Source: Candidatus Staskawiczbacteria bacterium RIFOXYC1_FULL_38_18 (lineage in GTDB: Bacteria; Patescibacteriota; Minisyncoccia; Minisyncoccales; Staskawiczbacteraceae). From it: a DNA stretch of 48,961 bases. The notes below the pieces were generated by a model that worked only from the letters and a program-made list of their open reading frames with translations, had not been told where the DNA came from and ran no database searches. The DNA lies in assembly GCA_001822095.1 (NCBI GenBank), contig MHPP01000024.1, positions 1 through 48,961 of the forward strand. The letters run 5' to 3'. Shown here in pieces: positions 29,262-37,656 of the stretch (positions are counted from its first letter, which is position 1; each line of letters begins with the position of its first letter). The translations under genes and the position numbers were made by a program.

Positions 29262-29960
29262 TTATCCGCGGAACATGCAGGTTTTAAAATACGGGGAAAT
29301 CTCTTCTACAACCTCGCCAAAAAATTCTTTTTTATACGGCTGTACTTTCTCAAATTCCGGGTCAATTGTTTTTGCGGGCACAAAATTTTGCAAATAATAT
29401 GTCACATTTTTACCTCCAATCCATTTTGCAATTTCAACAAAATCTTCTTTTTTATGCACGCCATTTACCACAGTGGTTCTAAACTCAAAATCCACACTGC
29501 CCTGCTTTAAAAATTTTACAGACTCTTCAATATCAGCCATTTTTATTCCCTCTCCCATAATTTTTTCGTAAACTCCCAACCCTTTTATGTCCATTGCAAC
29601 ATAATCAACTAATTTCCTGTTTACCAAATCTTTTAACATTTTTGGATTTGAGCCGTTTGTGTCCAATTTTACCAAAAACCCCCCGTTTTTTATTTTTTCC
29701 AAAAATTGCGGCAAATCTTTGTTTATTGTGGGCTCGCCCCCACAAATTACAACCCCGTCAAGCAAACCCTTGCGCGTGCGCAAAAAATCCAAAACTTCTT
29801 TTTCTGAAATTCTTGGCTGTGTTGCAATTTTCAACGGCAAAACAAGTTCTGCAGAATAACACCATGGGCAACGAAAATTGCATCCTGCCAAAAAAACTAT
29901 GCAGGCAATTTTGTCCTGAAAATCTATCAATGTGGTTTTTTGCAACCCCGCAATTATCAT
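29262..29960 (-). CDS. nrdG: Anaerobic ribonucleotide reductase activating radical SAM protein
   Basis: GCNFRCPWC, GGEPT, KLDTNGS, AMDIK, EFRTT. Confidence 0.9.
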   Translation of the reverse strand: MIIAGLQKTTLIDFQDKIACIVFLAGCNFRCPWCYSAELVLPLKIATQPRISEKEVLDFLRTRKGLLDGVVICGGEPTINKDLPQFLEKIKNGGFLVKLDTNGSNPKMLKDLVNRKLVDYVAMDIKGLGVYEKIMGEGIKMADIEESVKFLKQGSVDFEFRTTVVNGVHKKEDFVEIAKWIGGKNVTYYLQNFVPAKTIDPEFEKVQPYKKEFFGEVVEEISPYFKTCMFRG

Positions 29961-29969
29961 AATTCAATT

Positions 29970-30668
29970 TTAAAAAGTTATTTCTTCAACCTTTTCATAT
30001 AAATCTTCTAGTTTATTCTCAAAAACACGAAATCCCGTTCCATGATTTCGTGCCATCGTTCCTTTATCATGAAGTCTCAAGTCTACGAGCAAATGTTCAT
30101 TTTCAAACTGATTTTTGAGAATAGATTGACTTGTTCCATGAGAAAGTAATCTTGCCCTATCGAATAAAAAGTATTCTACCCCGTCGCGTTCTTCAACTTT
30201 TGCCTTAACTAGTAAAACATTTTTAACCTTAGCTTCAAACCGCTTTTCAACCTCTGCCAATTGCCATACCGCAATAATGGTGCCATCAATATGTCTTACG
30301 GATATTGATTTACTATCAACAGATAAAAATAATCCCGCGCTATTGGGTTTCATTCCCATAGTATAATATAGCCCCATTCTACCGTCTTTATCTAAACTGC
30401 CATATTTCCTTACAGCTTCAAGGGGGTCCATTTTCCACGCCTTATTATTAAATGTAAAAAGCGTCGTCATCCCAGTATGCTTTTCTCTTTGAGATTTTAG
30501 TTCAATTTCTCCTAAATCAGGAGAAGAGATATTATTTTCTTTGATTTTTAATAAAGTTTCTAGAGTATATCCAACGCCAGTCGGACCGCTTCTTAAGCTT
30601 TTTACATACCCTAATTTTTTAATTTTAAAAAGATTTTGTTTTATTTTTTTTAATGTAATTTTAGCCAT
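29970..30668 (-). CDS. MvaI/BcnI-family type II restriction endonuclease
   Basis: TGVGYTLETLL..ENN...PDLGEIELKS, TLFT, RNHGTGFR. Confidence 0.85.
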   Translation of the reverse strand: MAKITLKKIKQNLFKIKKLGYVKSLRSGPTGVGYTLETLLKIKENNISSPDLGEIELKSQREKHTGMTTLFTFNNKAWKMDPLEAVRKYGSLDKDGRMGLYYTMGMKPNSAGLFLSVDSKSISVRHIDGTIIAVWQLAEVEKRFEAKVKNVLLVKAKVEERDGVEYFLFDRARLLSHGTSQSILKNQFENEHLLVDLRLHDKGTMARNHGTGFRVFENKLEDLYEKVEEITF

Positions 30669-30670
30669 AA

Positions 30671-31966
30671 TTAATTTTTGTGGAAAACCACAATATATTC
30701 GTTAGTCATTGTTTGTAATTTTGCCCCGACTATATTAGTTGGAGAATTTTGAGAAGGCATTATTTTATTTAAAATATTTCTAACAAAAATATCTTCAAAC
30801 TGCAAACCCATGCTTTCGAGAAAGAATGATGTTATTTGATCCATTGGTATCTGTTGGCCCTTAACCGTCCTATTACCGACAACAAAACAAGCCCTGCCAT
30901 CTTTATTAAGATTTTTTACAATATTTTTAATAGCATTATAATAACCATTAAAAAAATAAAAAACTTCGCTTGCTCTTTTTTTATCAACATCTTCAATTTT
31001 ACTTATCACATCAAGTAAAATTTTACAACTTCTAATATTTTTATTTATAAATCCTGCTTTGCCCATGCTTTCTTTATCAACTTTGTATTTGACACCACCA
31101 TAAGTATTTATATCGTCCGTCCAATCAGAACCAAAACTTGAATATTCTCCATAGGCTACCGTTGTCCGGCTATCTCCGTATGGCGGAGAAGTAATAACTA
31201 AATCGTATTTTATTTCTGGAAATTTGTTTTCTGAATTTGATAACATGGGATAACTTTTACTTTTTGGCTTTTCAGTTTTATCGATAATTTCAATCATTGA
31301 TTCAATATGCAAAAATAATTTTTCAAAAACCTTATTTTCAGATTTTTTTATTTTTTCTTCTTTAACTCTATATCTTTTAAATTCGCCGTTTCTTGTCAAG
31401 GATTGATTTCTACAAATAAAAGCAAAACAAGCTACAAAAAAATCATGATATTCATACTTTTTCGTCTTAAAAACAGCTTTTATCTTCCCCAAATCTTGAA
31501 TAACATCATCTTTATACCAGTATTCTATATGATTTATATGCGGAACATCAATAATCTGACTATTAAGCACTGATTTTTTAAAATCGGCAAACTCTTGCCT
31601 CAATTTCTCAGTGTCATATTTCGCTATTTTTGCGTTTGCGATTAATAAGGCCAATGGGTTTATATCAAAACCAATTGACTTGTGATTATTTATGCTCGAT
31701 TGCAATAAAGTCACTCCGCTACCGCAAAAAGGGTCAAAAATAATATCATCTTTTTTTGAATATTTTTTTAAAATAAAATCTACCAACAATGGATGGAGCA
31801 TCGCAGGATAAGGATGTATTTTATGTCGTCCTCTAATCAACTTTTCACCCGCAAAAGATAGTTCATCTCTTAATGTCCTTTTGTAACAAGATTGTTTCGT
31901 GCTGTCATTTTCTGAAAAAAATCCTACATTTTTGGGCAATAATTGTTTTTGCTGTTTTGTTTCCAT
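30671..31966 (-). CDS. N4-cytosine DNA methyltransferase (alpha class, M.MvaI-like)
   Basis: HPYPAM; DPFCGSG precedes TSPPYGD; VVGNRTV. Confidence 0.88.
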   Translation of the reverse strand: METKQQKQLLPKNVGFFSENDSTKQSCYKRTLRDELSFAGEKLIRGRHKIHPYPAMLHPLLVDFILKKYSKKDDIIFDPFCGSGVTLLQSSINNHKSIGFDINPLALLIANAKIAKYDTEKLRQEFADFKKSVLNSQIIDVPHINHIEYWYKDDVIQDLGKIKAVFKTKKYEYHDFFVACFAFICRNQSLTRNGEFKRYRVKEEKIKKSENKVFEKLFLHIESMIEIIDKTEKPKSKSYPMLSNSENKFPEIKYDLVITSPPYGDSRTTVAYGEYSSFGSDWTDDINTYGGVKYKVDKESMGKAGFINKNIRSCKILLDVISKIEDVDKKRASEVFYFFNGYYNAIKNIVKNLNKDGRACFVVGNRTVKGQQIPMDQITSFFLESMGLQFEDIFVRNILNKIMPSQNSPTNIVGAKLQTMTNEYIVVFHKN

Positions 31967-31996
31967 TCTTTTGGTTGTTCTTTACTCCAATATAAC

Positions 31997-32027
31997 AAAA
32001 AAACTCCTGATTTAACAGGAGCTTTTT
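31997..32027 (-). terminator. Terminator after nrdD
   Basis: CTCCTG-N6-CAGGAG stem with T-run. Confidence 0.65.
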
Positions 32028-32032
32028 AGATT

Positions 32033-34228
32033 TTATGTTGTTTGGTTTTTTTGGCTAATTGCAACTGCGGGCTGTTCTAAAATTTCTTTTATTGTTTCGC
32101 CTGGCGCAATAAATTCCTTTCTCTCGCCATATTCTTGTTGTTTGCCTTTGTGCCATTGCTGAACAGGCCTGATATAGCCCACAACACGCGAATAAACCTC
32201 GCAGGGCTGCTCTATGGTGCACTGGGGGCATTTAAAATGCTCGCCAGACAAATAACCGTGGGTGGGGCAAATTGAAAATGTTGGAGTCAGAGTAATATAG
32301 GGCAGGCTGTAATTTTCGCAAATCTTTTTAACCAGATTTTTTGCGGAATTTGGGTCAGAAATTTTTTCTCCCAAAAATATGTGTAAAACAGTTCCTCCCG
32401 TGTATTTTGTCTGTAATTCGTTTTGCAAATCAAGGGCTTGAAAAACGTCATCGGTAAAACCAACCGGCAATTGTGTAGAATTTGTATAATAAGGAGCTTC
32501 TTTTGTGCCGGCTGTGATAATGTCGGGATATTTTTCCCTGTCTGTTTTTGCTTGCCTGTAGCTTGTGCCTTCTGCCGGAGTTGCTTCAAGATTATATAAA
32601 TTTCCAGTTTCTTCCTGAAAGCTTATCATTGTGTCTCTCATAAAATCCAAAATTTCTAAAGCAAATTTTCTGCCTTTTTCTGTTGTTATGTCTTCGCCTA
32701 AAAAATTGAGTAACGCTTCGTTCATTCCGCAAATTCCAATTGTGGAAAAATGGTTTCCAAAATAAGTATTCCTCATTTTTTTCATTTCCTGCAAATAAAA
32801 CCTTGAATAAGGATAAAGCCCTTTTTCCATAAAAGAGTCCAAGGCCTTTCTTTTGATTTCCAGGCTTTCTTTTGCCAAAACCATGAGACGCGACAATCTG
32901 TCCAAAAATTCTGTTTTGGTTTTTGACAAATATCCAATCCTTGGCAAATCAATTGTTACAACTCCAATGCTCCCTGTTTTTGGAGAAGAGCCAAACAATC
33001 CCCCCCCTCTTTTATACAATTCTCTGTTATCCAGCCTTAACCTGCAACACATTGACCTTGCGTCGTCCGGGCTCATGTCTGAATGTATAAAGTTTGAAAA
33101 ATAATTTATTCCGTATTTTGCCGTAGCATCCCACATTGTTGACAAATTTGGGTTGTCCCAGTCAAAATCTTTTGTAATTGAAACTGTCGGAATGGGGAAA
33201 GTAAACGGCCTGCCAGAAGCATCCCCCTCCATTAAGCCCTCATAAAAAGCTTTAATAAACATATTCATTTCTTCTTGGAATTCTCCGTAAGTTTCGTTTT
33301 GAGGCTCGCCCCCAATAATAACCGGCTGTTTTGCCAAATACGAGGCGGGCTTAATGTCCAAAGAAACGTTTAAAAACGGTGTTTGGAAGCCAACGCGCGT
33401 GGGCACCATGCAATTAAACAAAAATTCCTGCACTATTTGCTTTACCTGTTTATAATCCAAATGGTCATACCTGATAAAAGGCGCCAAAAGCGTGTCAAAA
33501 TTTGAAACAGCATTTGCCCCAGCTGTTTCTCCCTGCAGAGTATATAAAACATTCACCAGCTGGCCCATAGCTGTTCTTAAATGCTTTGGAGGTTTGCATT
33601 CTATTTTTCCCGGGACTCCGCCAAATCCTTTTATTAAAAAGTCATACAAATCCCAGCCGGCGCAATATGGGGCCAGCAGTTGCAAATCATGAATATGAAA
33701 ATCTTCATTGGCAGCCGCGTCGCGGATTTCTTTTGGATAAATTTTATTCAACCAATATTTTTTTGAAATATACGAGCCCACATATTCGTTTAATCCCTGC
33801 AAAGAAAAAGTCATATTGGCGTTTTCTTTTACCTGCCAGTCAAGCTCGCCCAAATAGCTGTCAACCTTTTCCGAAGAATCGTCAGCTACTTTTGAAGCCT
33901 CCCTTATTTGCCTTCTTTGCTCTCTGTATAAAATGTATGCTTTTGCGGTATCAACCAGGTCCTCCAAAATCAAAGCCTCTTCAACAATATCCTGAATTTG
34001 TTCAATGGTGGGCACTTCACCTTTTTTAAACCTTCGGTTTACCAGGCTAACAACTTTTTCGGCAACTTTTTTTGATTCTTTGCCGTCCCCTTGGTTTGCG
34101 GCCACAATTGCCTTGTGCACTGCCTGTTCAATTTTTTCCTGCTCAAAACTAACAACCCTTCCGTCTCTTTTTCGGACCTTCTCAATATGATTCTCTATTT
34201 TCTTCTCCTCTACTTTTTCTTCTGCCAT
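32033..34228 (-). CDS. nrdD: Class III (anaerobic) ribonucleoside-triphosphate reductase with ATP cone
   Basis: VRKRDG ATP cone, HIHDL, SMCCRL, YSRVVGYIRP glycyl-radical motif; likely ATG 34228. Confidence 0.95.
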   Translation of the reverse strand: MAEEKVEEKKIENHIEKVRKRDGRVVSFEQEKIEQAVHKAIVAANQGDGKESKKVAEKVVSLVNRRFKKGEVPTIEQIQDIVEEALILEDLVDTAKAYILYREQRRQIREASKVADDSSEKVDSYLGELDWQVKENANMTFSLQGLNEYVGSYISKKYWLNKIYPKEIRDAAANEDFHIHDLQLLAPYCAGWDLYDFLIKGFGGVPGKIECKPPKHLRTAMGQLVNVLYTLQGETAGANAVSNFDTLLAPFIRYDHLDYKQVKQIVQEFLFNCMVPTRVGFQTPFLNVSLDIKPASYLAKQPVIIGGEPQNETYGEFQEEMNMFIKAFYEGLMEGDASGRPFTFPIPTVSITKDFDWDNPNLSTMWDATAKYGINYFSNFIHSDMSPDDARSMCCRLRLDNRELYKRGGGLFGSSPKTGSIGVVTIDLPRIGYLSKTKTEFLDRLSRLMVLAKESLEIKRKALDSFMEKGLYPYSRFYLQEMKKMRNTYFGNHFSTIGICGMNEALLNFLGEDITTEKGRKFALEILDFMRDTMISFQEETGNLYNLEATPAEGTSYRQAKTDREKYPDIITAGTKEAPYYTNSTQLPVGFTDDVFQALDLQNELQTKYTGGTVLHIFLGEKISDPNSAKNLVKKICENYSLPYITLTPTFSICPTHGYLSGEHFKCPQCTIEQPCEVYSRVVGYIRPVQQWHKGKQQEYGERKEFIAPGETIKEILEQPAVAISQKNQTT

Positions 34229-34363
34229 GTTTTTAATGGGGACAAAAAAAGGCATTGCCTTTAATTAAGCTGGTTGCTTAAAAATTTTTTCGGTAAAAAG
34301 TTTTTAAGCAGTAAGCCTACTTAAAATGCCTTTATTAATTAATATTTTAATGTCGATTACTAC

Positions 34364-34421
34364 ATTTTACTCCGCCCAATAATCCTGTCAAATATTAATT
34401 TAAAGCTACATCTGTGGATAA
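34364..34421 (-). promoter_or_regulatory. nrdD promoter with upstream DnaA box
   Basis: TTGACA(34391)-N16-TAAAAT(34369); TGTGGATAA at 34413-34421. Confidence 0.55.
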
Positions 34422-34433
34422 CTTTGAGTTTTT

Positions 34434-35360
34434 TTATTTTTCCAGTTTTGTGGCAATTACCGTAATTTTTATTTCCCCTTTTTTGAGAGTGTTATCTTTT
34501 ACGGCCCCAAAAATTATTTGAGCCTTTGGGTCAACATTTTTTGTGATAACTTTTGCGGCTTCCTGAATTTCGCTTAAAGTTGTATCTTGTCCTGAAACAG
34601 AAAACAAAACTCCTTTTGACCCTTTAATTGAAAAGTCCAGCAAAGGCGAGGCAATTGCAATTTCTGCTGCTTTTACAGCCCGGTTTTCTCCGCTGGCTTT
34701 ACCAACTCCAAACATTGCCCTGCCTGAATTTTTCATTACAGATAAAACAGAAGCAAAATCAATGTTTATGATTCCGGGATTTAAAATTAAATCCGTAATT
34801 CCTGAAACAGCTTCGTGCAAAACGCTGTCGCAAATTTCAAAAGCGTTTGAAACTGTTGTTTTTTCATTAATAATCTTTAAAAGATTATCGTTTGAAATAA
34901 TTAAGAGAGAATCCATCTTGCCTTCCAAATTTTTTAAAGCCGCGTCTGCAACTTTTTTTCTTTGCTCTCCCTCAAAAGAAAACGGCGTTGTTACAACTGC
35001 AATGGTTAAAATGCCAAGGCTTTTTGCAATTTCGCAAACAACAGGGGTTGCTCCGCTGCCCGTGCCACCTCCCAATCCGCAAGTTACAAAAACCATATCA
35101 GCCTCTTTTAGGTTTTCTGAAATTTCTTGGTTATTTTCTTCTGCCGCTTGTTTTCCCAAATCAGCGTCCATTCCCGTGCCAAGCCCTTTGGTGACATTTT
35201 TTCCAATAAGGATTTTTTTGTCCGCCTTTGAGAAATGCAAAGCCTGCGCGTCTGTGTTTAAAGAAATCAGTTCAATTCCCTGTATTTCAAATTTAGCCAT
35301 GCGCGACACAGTATTTGACCCCGACCCTCCCGCTCCTACAACTTTTATAATCGGTTGCAT
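34434..35360 (-). CDS. ftsZ: Cell division protein FtsZ (no C-terminal tail)
   Basis: IKVVGAGGSG, NTDAQAL, GGGTGSG, INIDFA. Confidence 0.95.
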   Translation of the reverse strand: MQPIIKVVGAGGSGSNTVSRMAKFEIQGIELISLNTDAQALHFSKADKKILIGKNVTKGLGTGMDADLGKQAAEENNQEISENLKEADMVFVTCGLGGGTGSGATPVVCEIAKSLGILTIAVVTTPFSFEGEQRKKVADAALKNLEGKMDSLLIISNDNLLKIINEKTTVSNAFEICDSVLHEAVSGITDLILNPGIINIDFASVLSVMKNSGRAMFGVGKASGENRAVKAAEIAIASPLLDFSIKGSKGVLFSVSGQDTTLSEIQEAAKVITKNVDPKAQIIFGAVKDNTLKKGEIKITVIATKLEK

Positions 35361-35425
35361 ATTTGTAAAAAAAATTAGTAATAAGTGATATTACCAAAAT
35401 TGCTTTAAACCTGCAAATATTTAAA

Positions 35426-36661
35426 TTATGGTTTGAATGCTCTGAAAATTTTCTTAAATACAGAACCGATTTTTACGACATTCAGCATTGTTCCTTCATC
35501 GCTGTCAAAATCCACTCCACCCAAGGCCAATCCCGCAACAGTTGCCAAGGCTGGGTCATCCTCTAAGCCCACAATGCCTTTGGGTTCGCCAATTACGCAG
35601 TTTAGTTTTAAAGTTTCTTTTGTAAGCTCTTTTATCCGCGGTATTTTTGCCCCCCCTCCGGTTATCACAACTCCACCGGGTAACAATTCCTGCCTGCCTA
35701 TTTTTTTTAATTCTTTTTGCGCTAAATCCAGAATCTCCGACACCCTGGGTTCAATAATATCCACCAGCATTTTTTTTGTAAAGTTAAGCGACGAGGATTT
35801 ATCAAAAACTTCTATTTTTTTCTGGTCGACTGGCTGGCGGAGGTTTTTTTTATCTTTCTCTGCTTTAACAAACACACATGTTCCGTGTTGTTTTTTAATT
35901 GATTCGGCAATTGCCACATCGGTTTTTAATCCAATGGCAATGTCGTTTGTAATATTTGCAGAGCCAATTGGGAATATCGCCAAATGCATAAGCTCGCCCT
36001 CTTCAAAAACCGCCAATGAAGTTGTTGCGGCCCCAATGTCAATTAAAGCAACTCCCAGTTCTTTTTGCTGGGGGGTCAAAACCGCTTTTGCAGCGGCCAA
36101 AGGAGAGGGTATTACGTCATTAATCTGCAACCTTGAATTTAAAACAGCCTGCGTTAAATTTGTGAAATAAGGCGCAAAATAGCAAAGCAATAAAACTTTT
36201 GCTTCAAGCCTTATCCCTTCCAGCCCCTCGGGAGATTTTATCCCTTTTTGGTCGTCAATAATAAATTCTTTTGGAAAAACATCCAAAACCTCTTCGTTAT
36301 GGGGAATATTTATTGCTTTTGTTGCCTGCAAAACCCTTTCGACGTCTTCTCTTGAAATTCTGTTGTCTGCCCTTGAAACAGAAATTATTCCATCAGAAGG
36401 GATAACATACAAATGACTTCCGCCAATATTTACAAAAACAGAATTAATTTTTCTTCCGCAGTCTTTTTCAACTCCCGCCATTATCATTTGGATATTTTTT
36501 GAAGTTTCTTCAATGCTCACAACCGCTCCCTTTCTTAACCCAAAAGAGGGAATCTCAGCAAAACTCAAAACATCGCAAGAACTTCCCTTCTTTTGAACAG
36601 CCAGCGCCTTTATGCTATATGTGCCAATATCTAAACCAGTTATTATGTTTCCGCGCGACAT
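35426..36661 (-). CDS. ftsA: Cell division protein FtsA
   Basis: GLDIGT, IDIGAATT, ITNDIA, TGGGA; C-terminal amphipathic helix. Confidence 0.95.
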   Translation of the reverse strand: MSRGNIITGLDIGTYSIKALAVQKKGSSCDVLSFAEIPSFGLRKGAVVSIEETSKNIQMIMAGVEKDCGRKINSVFVNIGGSHLYVIPSDGIISVSRADNRISREDVERVLQATKAINIPHNEEVLDVFPKEFIIDDQKGIKSPEGLEGIRLEAKVLLLCYFAPYFTNLTQAVLNSRLQINDVIPSPLAAAKAVLTPQQKELGVALIDIGAATTSLAVFEEGELMHLAIFPIGSANITNDIAIGLKTDVAIAESIKKQHGTCVFVKAEKDKKNLRQPVDQKKIEVFDKSSSLNFTKKMLVDIIEPRVSEILDLAQKELKKIGRQELLPGGVVITGGGAKIPRIKELTKETLKLNCVIGEPKGIVGLEDDPALATVAGLALGGVDFDSDEGTMLNVVKIGSVFKKIFRAFKP

Positions 36662-36664
36662 AAG

Positions 36665-37069
36665 TTATTTAATGCTTGATAAATATAAATTTTGTTTTGC
36701 CTCCATTATATTTGCTTGGGCATCTTTTTCGTGGTCATACCCCAATAAATGCAAAATCCCGTGAATAAAAACTTTCATTGTTTCGCTTTTTGCAGATACG
36801 CCGATTTTCCTAGCGTTTTCTTTTACAACATCCGGACAAATCACAATTTCACCTAGATGTTTGGGTTCGTTTAAATTGAATGACAAAACATCCGTTGCTC
36901 TATTTTTCTTCCGGAATTTTTTATTAAGTTTTTTTATCTCCTCTCTGCTGACAAAAACCAGAGATAGCGTTTCCGTTTCTCTATTTTCACCCAATAATAC
37001 TTTTTTTGCAACCTGTGCAAAACTTTTTTTATCCACAATAAACTTGGTAATGTTGTTTATTTCAATCAT
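36665..37069 (-). CDS. ybeY: rRNA maturation endoribonuclease YbeY
   Basis: TDVLSF, LGEIVIC, HGILHLLGYDH. Confidence 0.93.
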   Translation of the reverse strand: MIEINNITKFIVDKKSFAQVAKKVLLGENRETETLSLVFVSREEIKKLNKKFRKKNRATDVLSFNLNEPKHLGEIVICPDVVKENARKIGVSAKSETMKVFIHGILHLLGYDHEKDAQANIMEAKQNLYLSSIK

Positions 37070-37134
37070 TCTTATTATTTTACATCATTTTTGCAAAACA
37101 AACAAAAAAAAGAGGCGTATGCCTCCATGTGTTT

Positions 37135-37554
37135 TCAGGTTGTGTCATGCTCGTGGCCGCAATCTTGGCACTTATTCACGTGCACGCGGTCTTGGCCAAA
37201 AAGCTCCATGCGATTGTGCTTCATTGGGCCTCCGCATTTAAAGCAAACTTGCCATGGGTGGCCCCTTTTTCTCTGCCTGAAAAAATTGCACTTTGCGCAT
37301 TTTTCTCCAACAAAAACTTCCTCCTCTCCTCTTCCTCTGCCGTCCAATCTGCTACAGTAATGTTCGTCGAGCACCATAATTCTTTTGAAATCATGGTCGC
37401 AATCGCTTTGAACTTTTTTTGCCTCCTCAACCAATTCCTGCCTTGCATCGTTAAGGCGCTTGCACAAGTCAAACACCCGTTGGAGCAACTCCAAAACCTC
37501 CGGAGTTTGCGGAAAATCTTCTCTTTTTTCCATCGGCACGATAGCTTGAAACAT
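37135..37554 (-). CDS. Orphan zinc-ribbon protein
   Basis: CDHDF, CAKC, CFKCGG, CQDCGH; GGGAG SD; terminator 37105-37125. Confidence 0.7.
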   Translation of the reverse strand: MFQAIVPMEKREDFPQTPEVLELLQRVFDLCKRLNDARQELVEEAKKVQSDCDHDFKRIMVLDEHYCSRLDGRGRGEEEVFVGEKCAKCNFFRQRKRGHPWQVCFKCGGPMKHNRMELFGQDRVHVNKCQDCGHEHDTT

Positions 37555-37656
37555 GATTATCTCCCTGTCTTTGTAAAAGGCCTATTATGAATTTATATCA
37601 AAAATCCACAAAAGTCAATGAATGCCTCAGGCAGATTTGGAGTGTTTATTTTTTAT

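Noticed and set aside
2709..37037. Replication origin suggested by DnaA boxes at 2709, 34413 and 37029
   Set aside because: Boxes are isolated, one is inside ybeY, and there is no cluster or dnaA gene.
37129..37590. Plus-strand 153-aa ORF opposite the zinc-ribbon gene
   Set aside because: The minus-strand ORF has the SD, promoter, terminator and CxxC motifs.
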